Positions 1-9,903 of a stretch of 64,000 nucleotides of DNA are shown in pieces. Source of the DNA: Bacteroidales bacterium (GTDB lineage: Bacteria > Bacteroidota > Bacteroidia > Bacteroidales > UBA3663). The DNA lies in assembly GCA_045640225.1 (NCBI GenBank), contig JAZUEP010000063.1:2243-66242 (forward strand), read 5' to 3'. The translations under genes were made by a program, and so were the position numbers. The stretch's first letter is position 1, and every line of letters starts with the position of its first letter. A model generated the notes under the pieces. The model was not told the origin of the DNA and searched no databases. It saw only the letters and a list, made by a program, of their open reading frames with translations.

Positions 1-68
1 ATAATTTTTCATATAGCAAGATACAGTCTGTAAATTAAAAATTAAAAATGAAAAATTAAAAATTGATA

Positions 69-176
69 CTTCAGTGGGACGAGCCTCTGGAACTAATTAA
101 GAATTAAGACTTCAGTGGGACGAGCCTCTGGAGCTAATTAAGAATTAAGACCTCAGTGGGACGAGCCTCTGGAGCC
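69..176. repeat. 41-bp tandem repeat, two full units plus a partial third
   Basis: Units 69-109 and 110-150 (CTTCAGTGGGACGAGCCTCTGGARCTAATTAAGAATTAAGA) and a partial unit 151-176, read directly. A/T word repeats (AAATTAAAAATT) lie just before at 33-66. Confidence 0.85.
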
Positions 177-533
177 AATTGGATTATAAATATATAAGCC
201 TGGTTGCTTATACCGAAATAACGCTTAATTTCACCTCTTTGACGCAAAGCACAACGTAAGGTTTAATTTTCAGGGCGCAAAGATAGGATGATTCAGGGAA
301 AAATGGATGATGAAGGGGCTTTTTTTGCCTGATTGAGCGGCAATTACGGCTGTATGGGGAGGTTTTGCTATGGTCAGCTTTCAATTATTCGCGGAGGAAG
401 GGACGGAGAAGGCGGTTGTTGGCGCAGACAGAGCCAACGACGGAGGAGGAGGAAGGAAAGGCGGAAAAGGGAGAAAAAAAGAGGCTGTGCCATTGCTGAC
501 ACAGCCCCCGTTATATTCGATGTTTGGTATTTC

Positions 534-1871
534 TTAGAATACGCCCTGAGCCATCATGGCCTTGGCGACTTTCATAAAGCCGGCGACGTTAGCGCCCTTC
601 ACGTAGTTGACGTAGCCGTCAGCCTCGGTACCGTACTTGACGCAGTTGTCATGGATGTTCTCCATGATCCAGAGGAGCTTGGCGTCAACCTCCTCGCTGG
701 TCCATGAGAGACGCTGTGAGTTCTGAGCCATCTCGAGGCCAGATACTGATACACCACCGGCGTTCGAAGCCTTGCCTGGGCAGTACAGGATCTTAGCGTC
801 CTGGAATACCTTGATAGCAGCAGGAGTGGTAGGCATGTTAGCACCCTCGGCAACAGCGATACAGCCGTTAGCTACGAGGCACTTAGCCTGCTCCTCGTTG
901 AGCTCGTTCTGGGTAGCACATGGGAGAGCGATATCAACCTTCTCGCCCCAAGGCTTAGCACCCTCGACGTACTTAGCGTTAGGATACTCGTTGACATACT
1001 CCTTGATACGGCCACGCTGTACCTGCTTGAGGTCGAAGATGTAGTCGAGCTTAGCGCGATCGATGCCTTCTGGATCGTAGATGTAGCCGTCCGAGTCAGA
1101 CATGGTCATTACCTGACCACCGAGCTGGAGGACCTTCTCAGCAGCATACTGAGCAACGTTGCCCGAACCAGAGATAGCTACCTTCTTGCCAGCGATCTCC
1201 TGACCCTTGGTCTTGAGCATAGCGCGGAGGAAGTAAACGGTGCCGTAACCGGTAGCCTCAGGACGGATGAGTGAGCCACCGAACTCGAGAGCCTTGCCGG
1301 TGAGGACGCCCTGGAACTGACGGCAGTACTTCTTGTAAGCGCCGAACATGTAGCCTACCTCGCGGCCACCTACGCCGATGTCGCCTGCAGGAACGTCGCA
1401 GTCAGGACCGATGTGACGATAGAGCTCGAGCATGAAGGCCTGGCAGAAGCGCATAACCTCAGCGCTTGACTTGCCACGTGGAGAGAAGTCTGAACCGCCC
1501 TTAGCGCCACCCATAGCGAGGGTAGTGAGCGAGTTCTTGAAGGTCTGCTCGAAAGCAAGGAACTTGAGGATACCCAGGTTGGCTGACTTGTGGAAACGGA
1601 TACCTCCCTTGTATGGGCCGATAGCATTATTGTGCTGGATACGATAGCCCATGTTGGTCTGGATGTTGCCATTGTCGTCGAGCCAGGTTACACGGAAGGT
1701 GTAGATACGATCTGGAATGCAGAGGCGCTCGATGAGATTTACCTTATCAAACTCAGGGTGCTTGTTGTACTCCTCCTCGATGGTGCCGAGTACCTCTTCA
1801 ACTGCCTGATGATACTCAGGCTCATTAGGGAATCTGCGCTTCAGATCCTCAAGAACTTTCTTTGCGTCCAT
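534..1871 (-). CDS. gdhA: NAD(P)-specific glutamate dehydrogenase
   Basis: 445-aa ORF. Glu/Leu/Phe/Val dehydrogenase active-site region ...LAMGGAKGGSDF... and a Rossmann segment VAISGSGNVAQYAAEK. Full-length GDH architecture. Confidence 0.95.
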   Translation of the reverse strand: MDAKKVLEDLKRRFPNEPEYHQAVEEVLGTIEEEYNKHPEFDKVNLIERLCIPDRIYTFRVTWLDDNGNIQTNMGYRIQHNNAIGPYKGGIRFHKSANLGILKFLAFEQTFKNSLTTLAMGGAKGGSDFSPRGKSSAEVMRFCQAFMLELYRHIGPDCDVPAGDIGVGGREVGYMFGAYKKYCRQFQGVLTGKALEFGGSLIRPEATGYGTVYFLRAMLKTKGQEIAGKKVAISGSGNVAQYAAEKVLQLGGQVMTMSDSDGYIYDPEGIDRAKLDYIFDLKQVQRGRIKEYVNEYPNAKYVEGAKPWGEKVDIALPCATQNELNEEQAKCLVANGCIAVAEGANMPTTPAAIKVFQDAKILYCPGKASNAGGVSVSGLEMAQNSQRLSWTSEEVDAKLLWIMENIHDNCVKYGTEADGYVNYVKGANVAGFMKVAKAMMAQGVF

Positions 1872-2184
1872 AGTCTTACAGAATTTGGATGATTGTTACA
1901 ATACCTTTTATATAATTAAAACTTGATTTGTCTTTTTGTCAGAAAGCAGGGAGAAAGGCTTGCTTTTTGTTGTTTGACGGTGCAAAGATACGACATTTTA
2001 CTTAATCGACCAAATTTTTTCGGCAAAAAAATACATTTTCGCGGGAAATTATTGATTTTTGCTTATTTTTTCGCACAAAATATGCAATTTTGCAACATAA
2101 ACGAAACAAATGCGGAATGCAAACAGCCTTCCCCCGACGTCGGAGGAAGGCTGCGCAATGGTTTGCAATACGGAAGGAGGCGCC

Positions 2185-5100
2185 TTAGCGGACTACCTTC
2201 TGGCCGTTGACGATACAGATGCCGTTAGCCGTAGCGGTGCGCTGTCCGAAGAGATTGTAGACAACTGCGCCCTCGGCTGCCGGAGCCTCGACCTGCTCGA
2301 CCGAGACAGGCTCGACATACTCGACGGCTGGGCCGAAGCCACCGCGGCTGTTGGCCTTACGTACCAGCTGAGCGTCGGCAGGAATCTGACCCATGCAGAT
2401 AACGCCATCGACGAGATAGAGCGCGTCGGCCTCAGGCTGAGCGAAGTCGGCCTCGGTAGGAACGACCTGAGCAGCGGTCTGGTCAGGAGCCCACTCGCCG
2501 TAGATGTTCTCGAGGGTGTACTGAGCAGCCTCGTCGTCGGTCATGACGGTCTCGTAGGTGAAGTTACCGGTGGTGTGGGTGAAGGTCATCTCGTTCGACT
2601 CAGGCGTGGTGATGTTGCCCTCGGCATCCATGGTCTGATACTCCTTGAAGCGATAAGCAGCTACGTTCATGCCGGCAGCGGTGAAGCGGCTGGCCACGAG
2701 CTTGCCGTCGAGGTCGACCGTACGGAGGTACTGAGCCTTAGACTCGCCGCCCCATGAGCGACCGAAGTTGAATGACTTGGAAAGCGTCTCGATCTGGCAA
2801 TCGAGGAAGACGTAACCCCACTGGCAGATGGCCGAGGTGTAAGGAGCGCAGACGGTGCACTCGCCGCTCTCGACGTCGCGGGCACGGCTCTCGTTGACGA
2901 GCTTGACGCGGTTGTAGACCACATCGCCATCGCCGCAGAGGTAGTCGACGGTACCGTGGATCTCGCAATCCTCCCAGTAGAAGCGCGAAGCAGCGTTCGA
3001 ATAGTAGGTATCCTGGTAAGAGAGCATGCGCACGTTCTTGGCGATGGTGTTCTTGCCCTTATCCTGCAGACAGACGGCACGACCGGCAGCACCGGTAGCG
3101 TAGTAGTCGAGTGCGTTCTGGATAGTCAGATCCTGGAGGTAGAGGCCGTCGGAGGTGTTGAGCAGGGTAGCGGTGGTGCCGATGCCCTCGTTCTCCTTGG
3201 CAGGAGCGTTGCGGATGATGGTACCCATCATCGACTCGCCGATGATCGAGATGTTGTTGCCAGAGATTGGAGTCAGAGCGGTCTCGCCCAGGTCGTAGAC
3301 GCCATTTGGCAAGAAGATCTTGACATCGCCGCGGCCGTTGGCATCGCTGAGGGCGATGAGGAAGCTGCTGACGTCGCCAGGAGCAATGCTGTAGTAGCCG
3401 GTAGCCTCGTCGAACTCGATGAAGTCGACGACGTTGCTGACCTTGACGCTGTGGGTGTACGAACCGTTAGGGAAGGTGATTGAAAGCCACTGGGCAGGAC
3501 CATCGTACTGGAAGGTGTACTCGGCGCCATCGGTATCGGCGTTGACCTTGAAGGTATCGTAGACAACACCATCCTCGCCCGTCACGGTAGCCTCAGAGGC
3601 AGCCGAGTAGACGCAATTGCTGAGCGAGACGTAAGCCTTGCCAGCCACATAGACGCGGATAGCTCCACCGTTGTTGACCTGCCAGCCGTGCTGACCATCG
3701 TGGAAGAAGCCGTCGATCTCGATAGCCTCATGATCCTCGACATAGAACGAAGGCTTGGTAAGGTCGTAGATGAAGCGCGAAGTGCTGGTTGGAACCTCGA
3801 TAGCGGTAGCCTTAGCGTAGAGCTTGAGGTCGTCCTGAAGCATGGTACCCTCGGCAATCTTGACAGCGGTGGTCTGGGTAGAGTTGAACCAGCCGCGGAA
3901 CTTCTGGCCCTCGTCGACGGTAACATCGGCCTCGCCATAGCTGAAGACGAGTGACGAACCGCCCTGGACGGTCTCCTGGCCGAGGAGAGTCTTGCCGTCG
4001 GTATCGTAATAGGTGACGTTGACCATAGGCAGGAGGTCGCAAGCCTCGGCGTAGAAGAATGGGATGTACTGAGCCGTGGTGATGGTGAGGGTCTGAGGAT
4101 CCTCGCTGTTGTAGTACCAGGTGACGTACTTGTCGCACGACGTATTGGAATCGCAGCCCACGTTGCAGTCGATGGTAGCCAGCAGCTGGCCATCCTCGCC
4201 TACGACAGTAGCGCTGTTGCCGCTATACTGGCACGAGCCGAAGGTGAACTTGACAGGGCCGTCGCAAGGAACGGTGATGACGGTGGTGGTGTAGCCATGC
4301 TGGCCGTCGTGGAAGGCGCCCTCGACGGTAACGCCGACAGGCAGGACACCGCTGGCAGGCTCGGTTACGACGTATGGATCGGTGCGGAAGTCGAGCTTGA
4401 AGTCCTGGAAGGCGCGAACCTCGGCCTCGCCATTGACCTTACCGCTGATACGGACGTTGCCGATGGCCATCTTCTTGTTGTTGGCCACGGTGCTGATGTA
4501 GAAGCGGAGCGTGAAGGTGCGGCCACCCTCGGCATCGATAGCCTCGATATGGGTAAGCGGTGCGCTTGGGTTGGCATCGTTGTTGCGGCGGATCTGTGAC
4601 TTAGGATCGTCGTAGTCGACAATAGGACCTTCGACACCGTCGACGGTGTAGCTCCATGAGAAGTAGGCATTGTCGGTACCCTCCTTGACAGCGTCGAACG
4701 CAACGCTGGTAGGCGTGAAGGTGAGACCCTTCTTGACCTTGACGGTATACTCGATCATATCGGTCTCGACGTAGCCGGCGTTGCCGGTGTTAGGACGATA
4801 GACGACGTATGGGCCTACGGTACCCTCGGCAGCGAGGTTGTACGAGTTAGGACCGCTGACCTCGAGGTCGGTGCCGACCGAATAGCCGGTGCTGGTGAGC
4901 GCCATGTTGAGGTCGTCGCTCACGACAGGATCCTTCTCGTCGCCCACAGCCCAGGTAAGGGTGAGCGGCACGTTGTCGTATTTATCGCCCTCTGGAGCCA
5001 CATAATTGGCAGGCAGCACAGCCGTGAAGGTGCGATAGTACGAGCCATCACCGATGACGATCTCGCAGGCGTTGACATCGTCGGCCTCGGTATAGGTATA

Positions 5101-6171
5101 AACGGTCTCGGTGTTACCCTCGGCAGCATGGCCGTTGAAGGTAGTAGTGGTAGTAGCCTGATAAGACTCGACGGTGACGGTAGCATCCTTGGCCGATGGA
5201 ATAGTGAGGCGGGTGCCGCCGTTGATCTGAGCCCAATCGCCCCAGTTGCCGTTGGCGATCTTGCCGGCCTCGACGTCGCAGTACATGGCTACATCCTGGA
5301 TCTCGCCATCGACGTTGGCCTGAGCGACGTACCAGAAGTTCTTGCCCGTACCCTCGGCAGCGAGCGTAGGAGCGCCATGGTCGCGCTGGAAGTCCCAGAC
5401 GATGGTCGTAGCGTTGTGGAGGACGCTGATGTCGTTGCCATTGGCCTTGAAGACAGGCGTCAGGGTGAGGTCGGTCTCGGGACGGATGATCTCGCCCGTC
5501 TTGTAGGTGGTCTTGCCGTCGTTCCAGCCGGTCAAGGTGAAGCCGGCCTTGTAGAGCGTAAAGTTAGGAGCGATGGCATAATCCTCCTGGAATCCAACCT
5601 CGGCAGCAGCAGGGACAGTACCCTCGGCGGTCTGGGTGCCGAGCGAATAGGTAACGGTGACGGTAGCTGGCAGCTCGTCGACCGACTCGACAGCCAGATA
5701 AGGCATATAGGTAGTACCCTTGACGGTGAGCGTGGTGGCGCCACCCTTATAATAGCCCTTGGCTACCTGCGAATGATCGTTCTTCCAGCACGAAGCCTGG
5801 GTATCGAATGTGCTTTCGTTACCCTCGGCATCGACCAGCGTAACGGTATGCGAACCGTACGAGCAGGCTCCGACCGTGACGAGCATCGGGCCATCGACCG
5901 GAAGGGTGAGAACTACGTTGGACGAACCGTGCTCGTTGTAGAACGAGCCAGTAAGATGAGCGACAGCCTCGGCAGCATCGGGAGCTACACGAGTGACGGT
6001 GCCATCGTCGGCCACAGCCAGGCCGTAGTCGAACTCGGTGCCCTGCGACTGGTGTTCGGCAGCCACGATCGAGCCGGCATCGTTGTTGAGGATAAGCTCG
6101 AACTTGACCGGCGCAGCCATAGCCGTTGCGGCCAGGAGCAGCGACAGCGACGAAGAAAGGAATCTCTTCAT
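2185..6171 (-). CDS. Secreted multidomain pectinesterase (CE8-like) with Listeria-Bacteroides-type repeats and a T9SS C-terminal sorting domain
   Basis: 1328 aa. Signal peptide MKRFLSSSLSLLLAATAMA. Pectinesterase motifs SYQDTYY and GTVDYLCGDG. Repeat modules FTLTGWNDGKTTYKTGEII and KFRGWFNSTQTTAVKIAEG. Beta-rich tail ending VVYNLFGQRTATANGICIVNGQKVVR, typical of T9SS CTDs. Confidence 0.8.
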   Translation of the reverse strand: MKRFLSSSLSLLLAATAMAAPVKFELILNNDAGSIVAAEHQSQGTEFDYGLAVADDGTVTRVAPDAAEAVAHLTGSFYNEHGSSNVVLTLPVDGPMLVTVGACSYGSHTVTLVDAEGNESTFDTQASCWKNDHSQVAKGYYKGGATTLTVKGTTYMPYLAVESVDELPATVTVTYSLGTQTAEGTVPAAAEVGFQEDYAIAPNFTLYKAGFTLTGWNDGKTTYKTGEIIRPETDLTLTPVFKANGNDISVLHNATTIVWDFQRDHGAPTLAAEGTGKNFWYVAQANVDGEIQDVAMYCDVEAGKIANGNWGDWAQINGGTRLTIPSAKDATVTVESYQATTTTTFNGHAAEGNTETVYTYTEADDVNACEIVIGDGSYYRTFTAVLPANYVAPEGDKYDNVPLTLTWAVGDEKDPVVSDDLNMALTSTGYSVGTDLEVSGPNSYNLAAEGTVGPYVVYRPNTGNAGYVETDMIEYTVKVKKGLTFTPTSVAFDAVKEGTDNAYFSWSYTVDGVEGPIVDYDDPKSQIRRNNDANPSAPLTHIEAIDAEGGRTFTLRFYISTVANNKKMAIGNVRISGKVNGEAEVRAFQDFKLDFRTDPYVVTEPASGVLPVGVTVEGAFHDGQHGYTTTVITVPCDGPVKFTFGSCQYSGNSATVVGEDGQLLATIDCNVGCDSNTSCDKYVTWYYNSEDPQTLTITTAQYIPFFYAEACDLLPMVNVTYYDTDGKTLLGQETVQGGSSLVFSYGEADVTVDEGQKFRGWFNSTQTTAVKIAEGTMLQDDLKLYAKATAIEVPTSTSRFIYDLTKPSFYVEDHEAIEIDGFFHDGQHGWQVNNGGAIRVYVAGKAYVSLSNCVYSAASEATVTGEDGVVYDTFKVNADTDGAEYTFQYDGPAQWLSITFPNGSYTHSVKVSNVVDFIEFDEATGYYSIAPGDVSSFLIALSDANGRGDVKIFLPNGVYDLGETALTPISGNNISIIGESMMGTIIRNAPAKENEGIGTTATLLNTSDGLYLQDLTIQNALDYYATGAAGRAVCLQDKGKNTIAKNVRMLSYQDTYYSNAASRFYWEDCEIHGTVDYLCGDGDVVYNRVKLVNESRARDVESGECTVCAPYTSAICQWGYVFLDCQIETLSKSFNFGRSWGGESKAQYLRTVDLDGKLVASRFTAAGMNVAAYRFKEYQTMDAEGNITTPESNEMTFTHTTGNFTYETVMTDDEAAQYTLENIYGEWAPDQTAAQVVPTEADFAQPEADALYLVDGVICMGQIPADAQLVRKANSRGGFGPAVEYVEPVSVEQVEAPAAEGAVVYNLFGQRTATANGICIVNGQKVVR

Positions 6172-6427
6172 AAGCGTTGAGTGTTGATTTGAGTTGGTAA
6201 GAAAAAAGTGATGGTATAAAATTCAGTTTGCAGACCGCGGACACGACAACGGCACGCGGACCGGTAAAAACTCGGTGCAAATGTAGCGAAGAAAAACCAA
6301 AAGACAAAATATTTCGACACATTTTTAAATTTAAACATAAAAAATGATAAGAAAAAAGTGGAGTTGTCGATTTTTTGCGTATATTTGTGCCCGCAAACAA
6401 TCCGCCTAACCGCTCCGAACGCAACGT

Positions 6428-6964
6428 ATGGACCACAACATGCAACCCAAGAACTCGCTACTGTCGGCCGTCGCACAACGACTGCAGCAGATGCTGCATC
6501 ACGAGACTGCGGCCGAGGCAGAACCGACGGCCGTACAGCGAACCGAGGCGAAACAGCGGGCAGTGGTGCAGACGATACAGCAAGCCAGGCCACAGGCAAC
6601 AACCGCCGACAGCAGCAAACCCGCGCCGGGTGAAATGGCAGAAAGAATGCACAACTACGTAACCGAACACATAGCCGACACGGAACTGAACGTGACGAGC
6701 ATGGCCAACGACCTGCACATCAGCCGCACGGCGCTGTATGCCGCCATGCACGAACACTACGCCATGACGCCCAGCAACTACATCACGCAGCGAAGGCTGG
6801 AATACGCGTGCCAGCTGCTGGCCATCGGCGTCAAGGCCAGTACCGTAGCGACTCGCTGCGGATACAGCGACCCGAAATACTTCGGCAAGACCTTCAAGAA
6901 ACGCTATGGCGTACTGCCCAGCCGCTATACCCAACAGGGCGGAACGCCTGTGATAGACCTCTGA
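6428..6964 (+). CDS. AraC-family HTH protein (stand-alone C-terminal DNA-binding domain with a Q/A-rich N-terminus)
   Basis: 178 aa. AraC HTH_18-like region ...LNVTSMANDLHISRTALYAAMHEHYAMTPSNYITQRRLEYACQLL...GYSDPKYFGKTFKKRYGVLPSRY. TATATTTG -7 box at 6381-6388, about 40 nt upstream of the ATG. Confidence 0.8.
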   Translation: MDHNMQPKNSLLSAVAQRLQQMLHHETAAEAEPTAVQRTEAKQRAVVQTIQQARPQATTADSSKPAPGEMAERMHNYVTEHIADTELNVTSMANDLHISRTALYAAMHEHYAMTPSNYITQRRLEYACQLLAIGVKASTVATRCGYSDPKYFGKTFKKRYGVLPSRYTQQGGTPVIDL

Positions 6965-7004
6965 AGAAGAATAATCCTCCAACACCAAACACATCGACAC
7001 TCAA

Positions 7005-9290
7005 ATGCTCGACCTCTTCCCTACCCTGATATCGCAGAAACTCGGCATCGCCGAAGCCCAGGTCAAGGCCACCCTCGACCTGCTGGAGACCGGCTGCACG
7101 ATTCCCTTCATCAGCCGCTACCGCAAGGAGGCGACCGGATCGCTGGACGAAGTGCAGATAGCCGCCATCAACGACCAGTACGAACGCCTCGGCGAACTGC
7201 AGAAACGCAAAGCCACAATCCTGGCCACCATCGACGAACAAGGCAAGCTGACCGACGCCCTGCAGCAGCGCATCGAGTCCTGCTGGGACGCGACGGCGCT
7301 GGAGGATATCTATCTGCCCTACAAGCCTAAGCGCAGGACTCGCGCCTCGATAGCCCGCGAGAAAGGACTGGAGCCATTGGCACAATACCTGATGTCGCAG
7401 GCCGGCGACCGCAACCAACGGCCGGCCACGCAGGCCGACGTAGACCACGAGCTGGCACAATACGTCAATCAGGAACTGGGCGTAACATCGGCCGACGACG
7501 CCATGAAGGGCGCGCAGGACATCATCGCCGAACTGATAGCCGAAGACGAACAGGCACGCAATACCGTGCGTCGCAACTTCCAGCACGATGCGATAATCAC
7601 GTCGAAGAAGACGAAAGGCGATAAGGCTAAGGCCAAGGAAAGCAGCGAAGCCGACGAACAGGCTGCACAGAAGTTCCGCGACTACTTTGACTGGCACGAG
7701 CCCCTGAAGCGATGCGCCAGCCACCGCCTGCTGGCCATGCGCCGCGGCGAGGCCGAGGGATTCCTGCGACTGAGCATCACGGGCGACGAAGGCCTGTGCA
7801 TCGACCGTCTGAACCGCATCTACGTGCAGAGCAACCGCTCGGCTGCCTCGCCCATCGTAACCGATGCCGTGACGGACTCGTTCAAACGTCTGCTGGCGCC
7901 CAGCATCGAGACGGAGTTCATGCAGAGTGCCAAACAAGCGGCCGACCAGGAGGCCATCCGCATCTTTGTGCGCAACCTCGAACAGCTGCTGATGTCGGCA
8001 CCGTTAGGACAGAAACGCGTCCTGGCCCTCGACCCAGGCTTCCGCACGGGTTGCAAGCTGGTGATACTGGACAGCGAGGGCAACCTGCTGCATCACGACG
8101 TGATCTATCCGCATCCGCCGAAGAGTCAGTTTATTGACGCCATGCACAAGATGGAAGACCTGACCGCGAAGTATCAGATCGAAGCCATCTCGATAGGCAA
8201 CGGAACCGCCTCGCGCGAAACGGAGGAGTTCGTCAAGGGACTGGAGCTGAAGATCCCTAATGGAGGACGACAAAATAGCGGCAACGATGAAGGCAAGCCG
8301 ATACCAGTCTTTGTAGTCAGCGAGGACGGAGCCTCGATCTACTCGGCATCGAAGGTAGCACGCGAGGAATTTCCGAACGAAGACGTAACAGTACGTGGAG
8401 CCGTTTCGATAGGTCGGCGCCTGATGGATCCGCTGGCCGAGCTGGTAAAGATCGACCCGAACTCGATCGGCGTAGGACAATATCAGAAGGACGTAGACCA
8501 GAAGGAACTGAAGAAAAGCCTGGACCAGACAGTAGAGAGCTGCGTGAACAAAGTGGGCGTGAACGTCAACACCGCCTCGAAACATCTGCTGACCTACATC
8601 TCGGGACTTGGACCGCTGCTGGCTCAGAACATTGTGGACTACCGCGCCAAGCACGGAGCCTTCCGCTCGCGCCGCCAGCTGATGGACGTGCCACGCATGG
8701 GCCCGAAAGCCTACGAACAGGCAGCGGGCTTCCTGCGCATCAGCGACGGAGAGAATCCGCTGGACAACTCGGCCGTACACCCCGAGCGCTATGACATAGT
8801 AGAACGCATGGCGAAAGACGCCGGCTGCAAGGTATCAGACCTGATGGGTGAACGAGGCAAGGAACGTCGCGCTGCGATTGACCTGAAACGCTACGTGACC
8901 GACAACTGCGCAACGACTACGGCCGACAAGAGCCAACCGATCGGCATGGAGACCCTGACCGACATCATGAACGAGCTGGACAAGCCGGGCCGCGACCCAA
9001 GACAGCAACTCGAGGAATTTGCCTTCGCCGCCGAGGTGAAGACACTGGAGGACGTGCAAGAAGGCATGGTGCTGCCTGGCATCGTGACGAACATCACCAA
9101 CTTCGGAGCATTCGTCGACGTCGGCGTGCATACACAAGGCCTGGTGCACGTCTCGGAAATGGCCAATCGCTTTGTAAAGGATCCGAACACCATCGTTTCG
9201 CTGCATCAGCATGTGATGGTACGCGTGAAGGAAATCGACCTTCGTCGAGGCAGATTATCACTCTCGATGAAAGGAATTGAACAAAAATGA
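7005..9290 (+). CDS. tex: Tex-like transcription accessory protein with C-terminal S1 RNA-binding domain
   Basis: 761 aa. N-terminal Tex helix-turn-helix region (TIPFISRYRKEATGSLDE), YqgF/RuvC-like core, HhH region. C-terminal S1 domain GMVLPGIVTNITNFGAFVDVGVHTQGLVHVSE. Confidence 0.9.
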   Translation: MLDLFPTLISQKLGIAEAQVKATLDLLETGCTIPFISRYRKEATGSLDEVQIAAINDQYERLGELQKRKATILATIDEQGKLTDALQQRIESCWDATALEDIYLPYKPKRRTRASIAREKGLEPLAQYLMSQAGDRNQRPATQADVDHELAQYVNQELGVTSADDAMKGAQDIIAELIAEDEQARNTVRRNFQHDAIITSKKTKGDKAKAKESSEADEQAAQKFRDYFDWHEPLKRCASHRLLAMRRGEAEGFLRLSITGDEGLCIDRLNRIYVQSNRSAASPIVTDAVTDSFKRLLAPSIETEFMQSAKQAADQEAIRIFVRNLEQLLMSAPLGQKRVLALDPGFRTGCKLVILDSEGNLLHHDVIYPHPPKSQFIDAMHKMEDLTAKYQIEAISIGNGTASRETEEFVKGLELKIPNGGRQNSGNDEGKPIPVFVVSEDGASIYSASKVAREEFPNEDVTVRGAVSIGRRLMDPLAELVKIDPNSIGVGQYQKDVDQKELKKSLDQTVESCVNKVGVNVNTASKHLLTYISGLGPLLAQNIVDYRAKHGAFRSRRQLMDVPRMGPKAYEQAAGFLRISDGENPLDNSAVHPERYDIVERMAKDAGCKVSDLMGERGKERRAAIDLKRYVTDNCATTTADKSQPIGMETLTDIMNELDKPGRDPRQQLEEFAFAAEVKTLEDVQEGMVLPGIVTNITNFGAFVDVGVHTQGLVHVSEMANRFVKDPNTIVSLHQHVMVRVKEIDLRRGRLSLSMKGIEQK

Positions 9291-9428
9291 AACAAAATCA
9301 AAATACGAATCTATCAATATTTGAACAAAACAATACTAAAATAGTGGAATATCGTACAGAATCGGCCATTTGAAAGGATTTTGATACAGTTTGAAAGAAT
9401 TATTATTTTGGTTCCTGCAGAAACGCAC

Positions 9429-9597
9429 TATCTTTGCAGCGTCAAAAAGGAACAAAGATTCTTTTGAGACCATCAAAATTGATTTCATAGCAAGGTTTAG
9501 TTATACATTCGATGTTTATTAATGGTATTAGTTTTATTCTAAGGTATAGATAGTGTTATTAAAAAAATGAACCGACCGGGAGGCCGGTTTATTTTTT
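9429..9597 (+). ncRNA. Candidate orphan small transcript or leader (promoter plus intrinsic terminator, no credible ORF)
   Basis: TTTG (9407-9410), 18 nt, TATCTTTG (9429-9436). Imperfect GC hairpin around 9570-9590 followed by a T-run to 9597. Only a 13-codon ORF lies inside. carB has its own TATCTTTG box at about 9833-9843. Confidence 0.3.
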
Positions 9598-9903
9598 GTA
9601 TATACTCCAAAGCTGTTAAAAAACCTGATCGCGACACCAGGCAGAGAATCCCACACAGAAAACGAGCTTCGATGACGGAACTGAGATAAAAACCGCAAAG
9701 AAAGCCGCACCTAATATAATAAATAATGTGTATTTTGACGCGTGGCATGCGCAAAACTGGGTAATTTTAGATTTTCGGAGGGGAGAAAATACATTTTTGT
9801 GCGCCCTACTATGGGCGGAGCCAAAAATTATCTGTATCTTTGTCCCCTGAAAGACGAGACCGAATATTCCGCAAAAAAGTAAGATAAATCAAACATCAAG
9901 TTT

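Noticed and set aside
333-707. 124-aa plus-strand ORF overlapping the gdhA 3' end
   Set aside because: It has an R/K/E low-complexity N-terminus encoded by a purine-rich tract and overlaps gdhA antisense. There is no promoter box.
5128-6180. 350-aa plus-strand ORF, and many other 60-350-aa ORFs such as 2110-2757, 2956-3483 and 3582-4193, overlapping the pectinesterase gene
   Set aside because: They are antisense or out of frame to a 1328-aa gene with clear motifs. Their composition is low-complexity and Arg/Ala/Gly-rich, as expected from GC-rich antisense frames. There are no promoters.
6894-7937. 347-aa minus-strand ORF opposite tex, and similar long antisense ORFs (8004-8780, 10915-11616, 52774-53559, 55851-56645, 56997-57707, 51763-52623)
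   Set aside because: Each lies fully inside, or mostly overlaps, a well-supported housekeeping gene on the other strand and has no recognisable motif. They are typical shadow ORFs.
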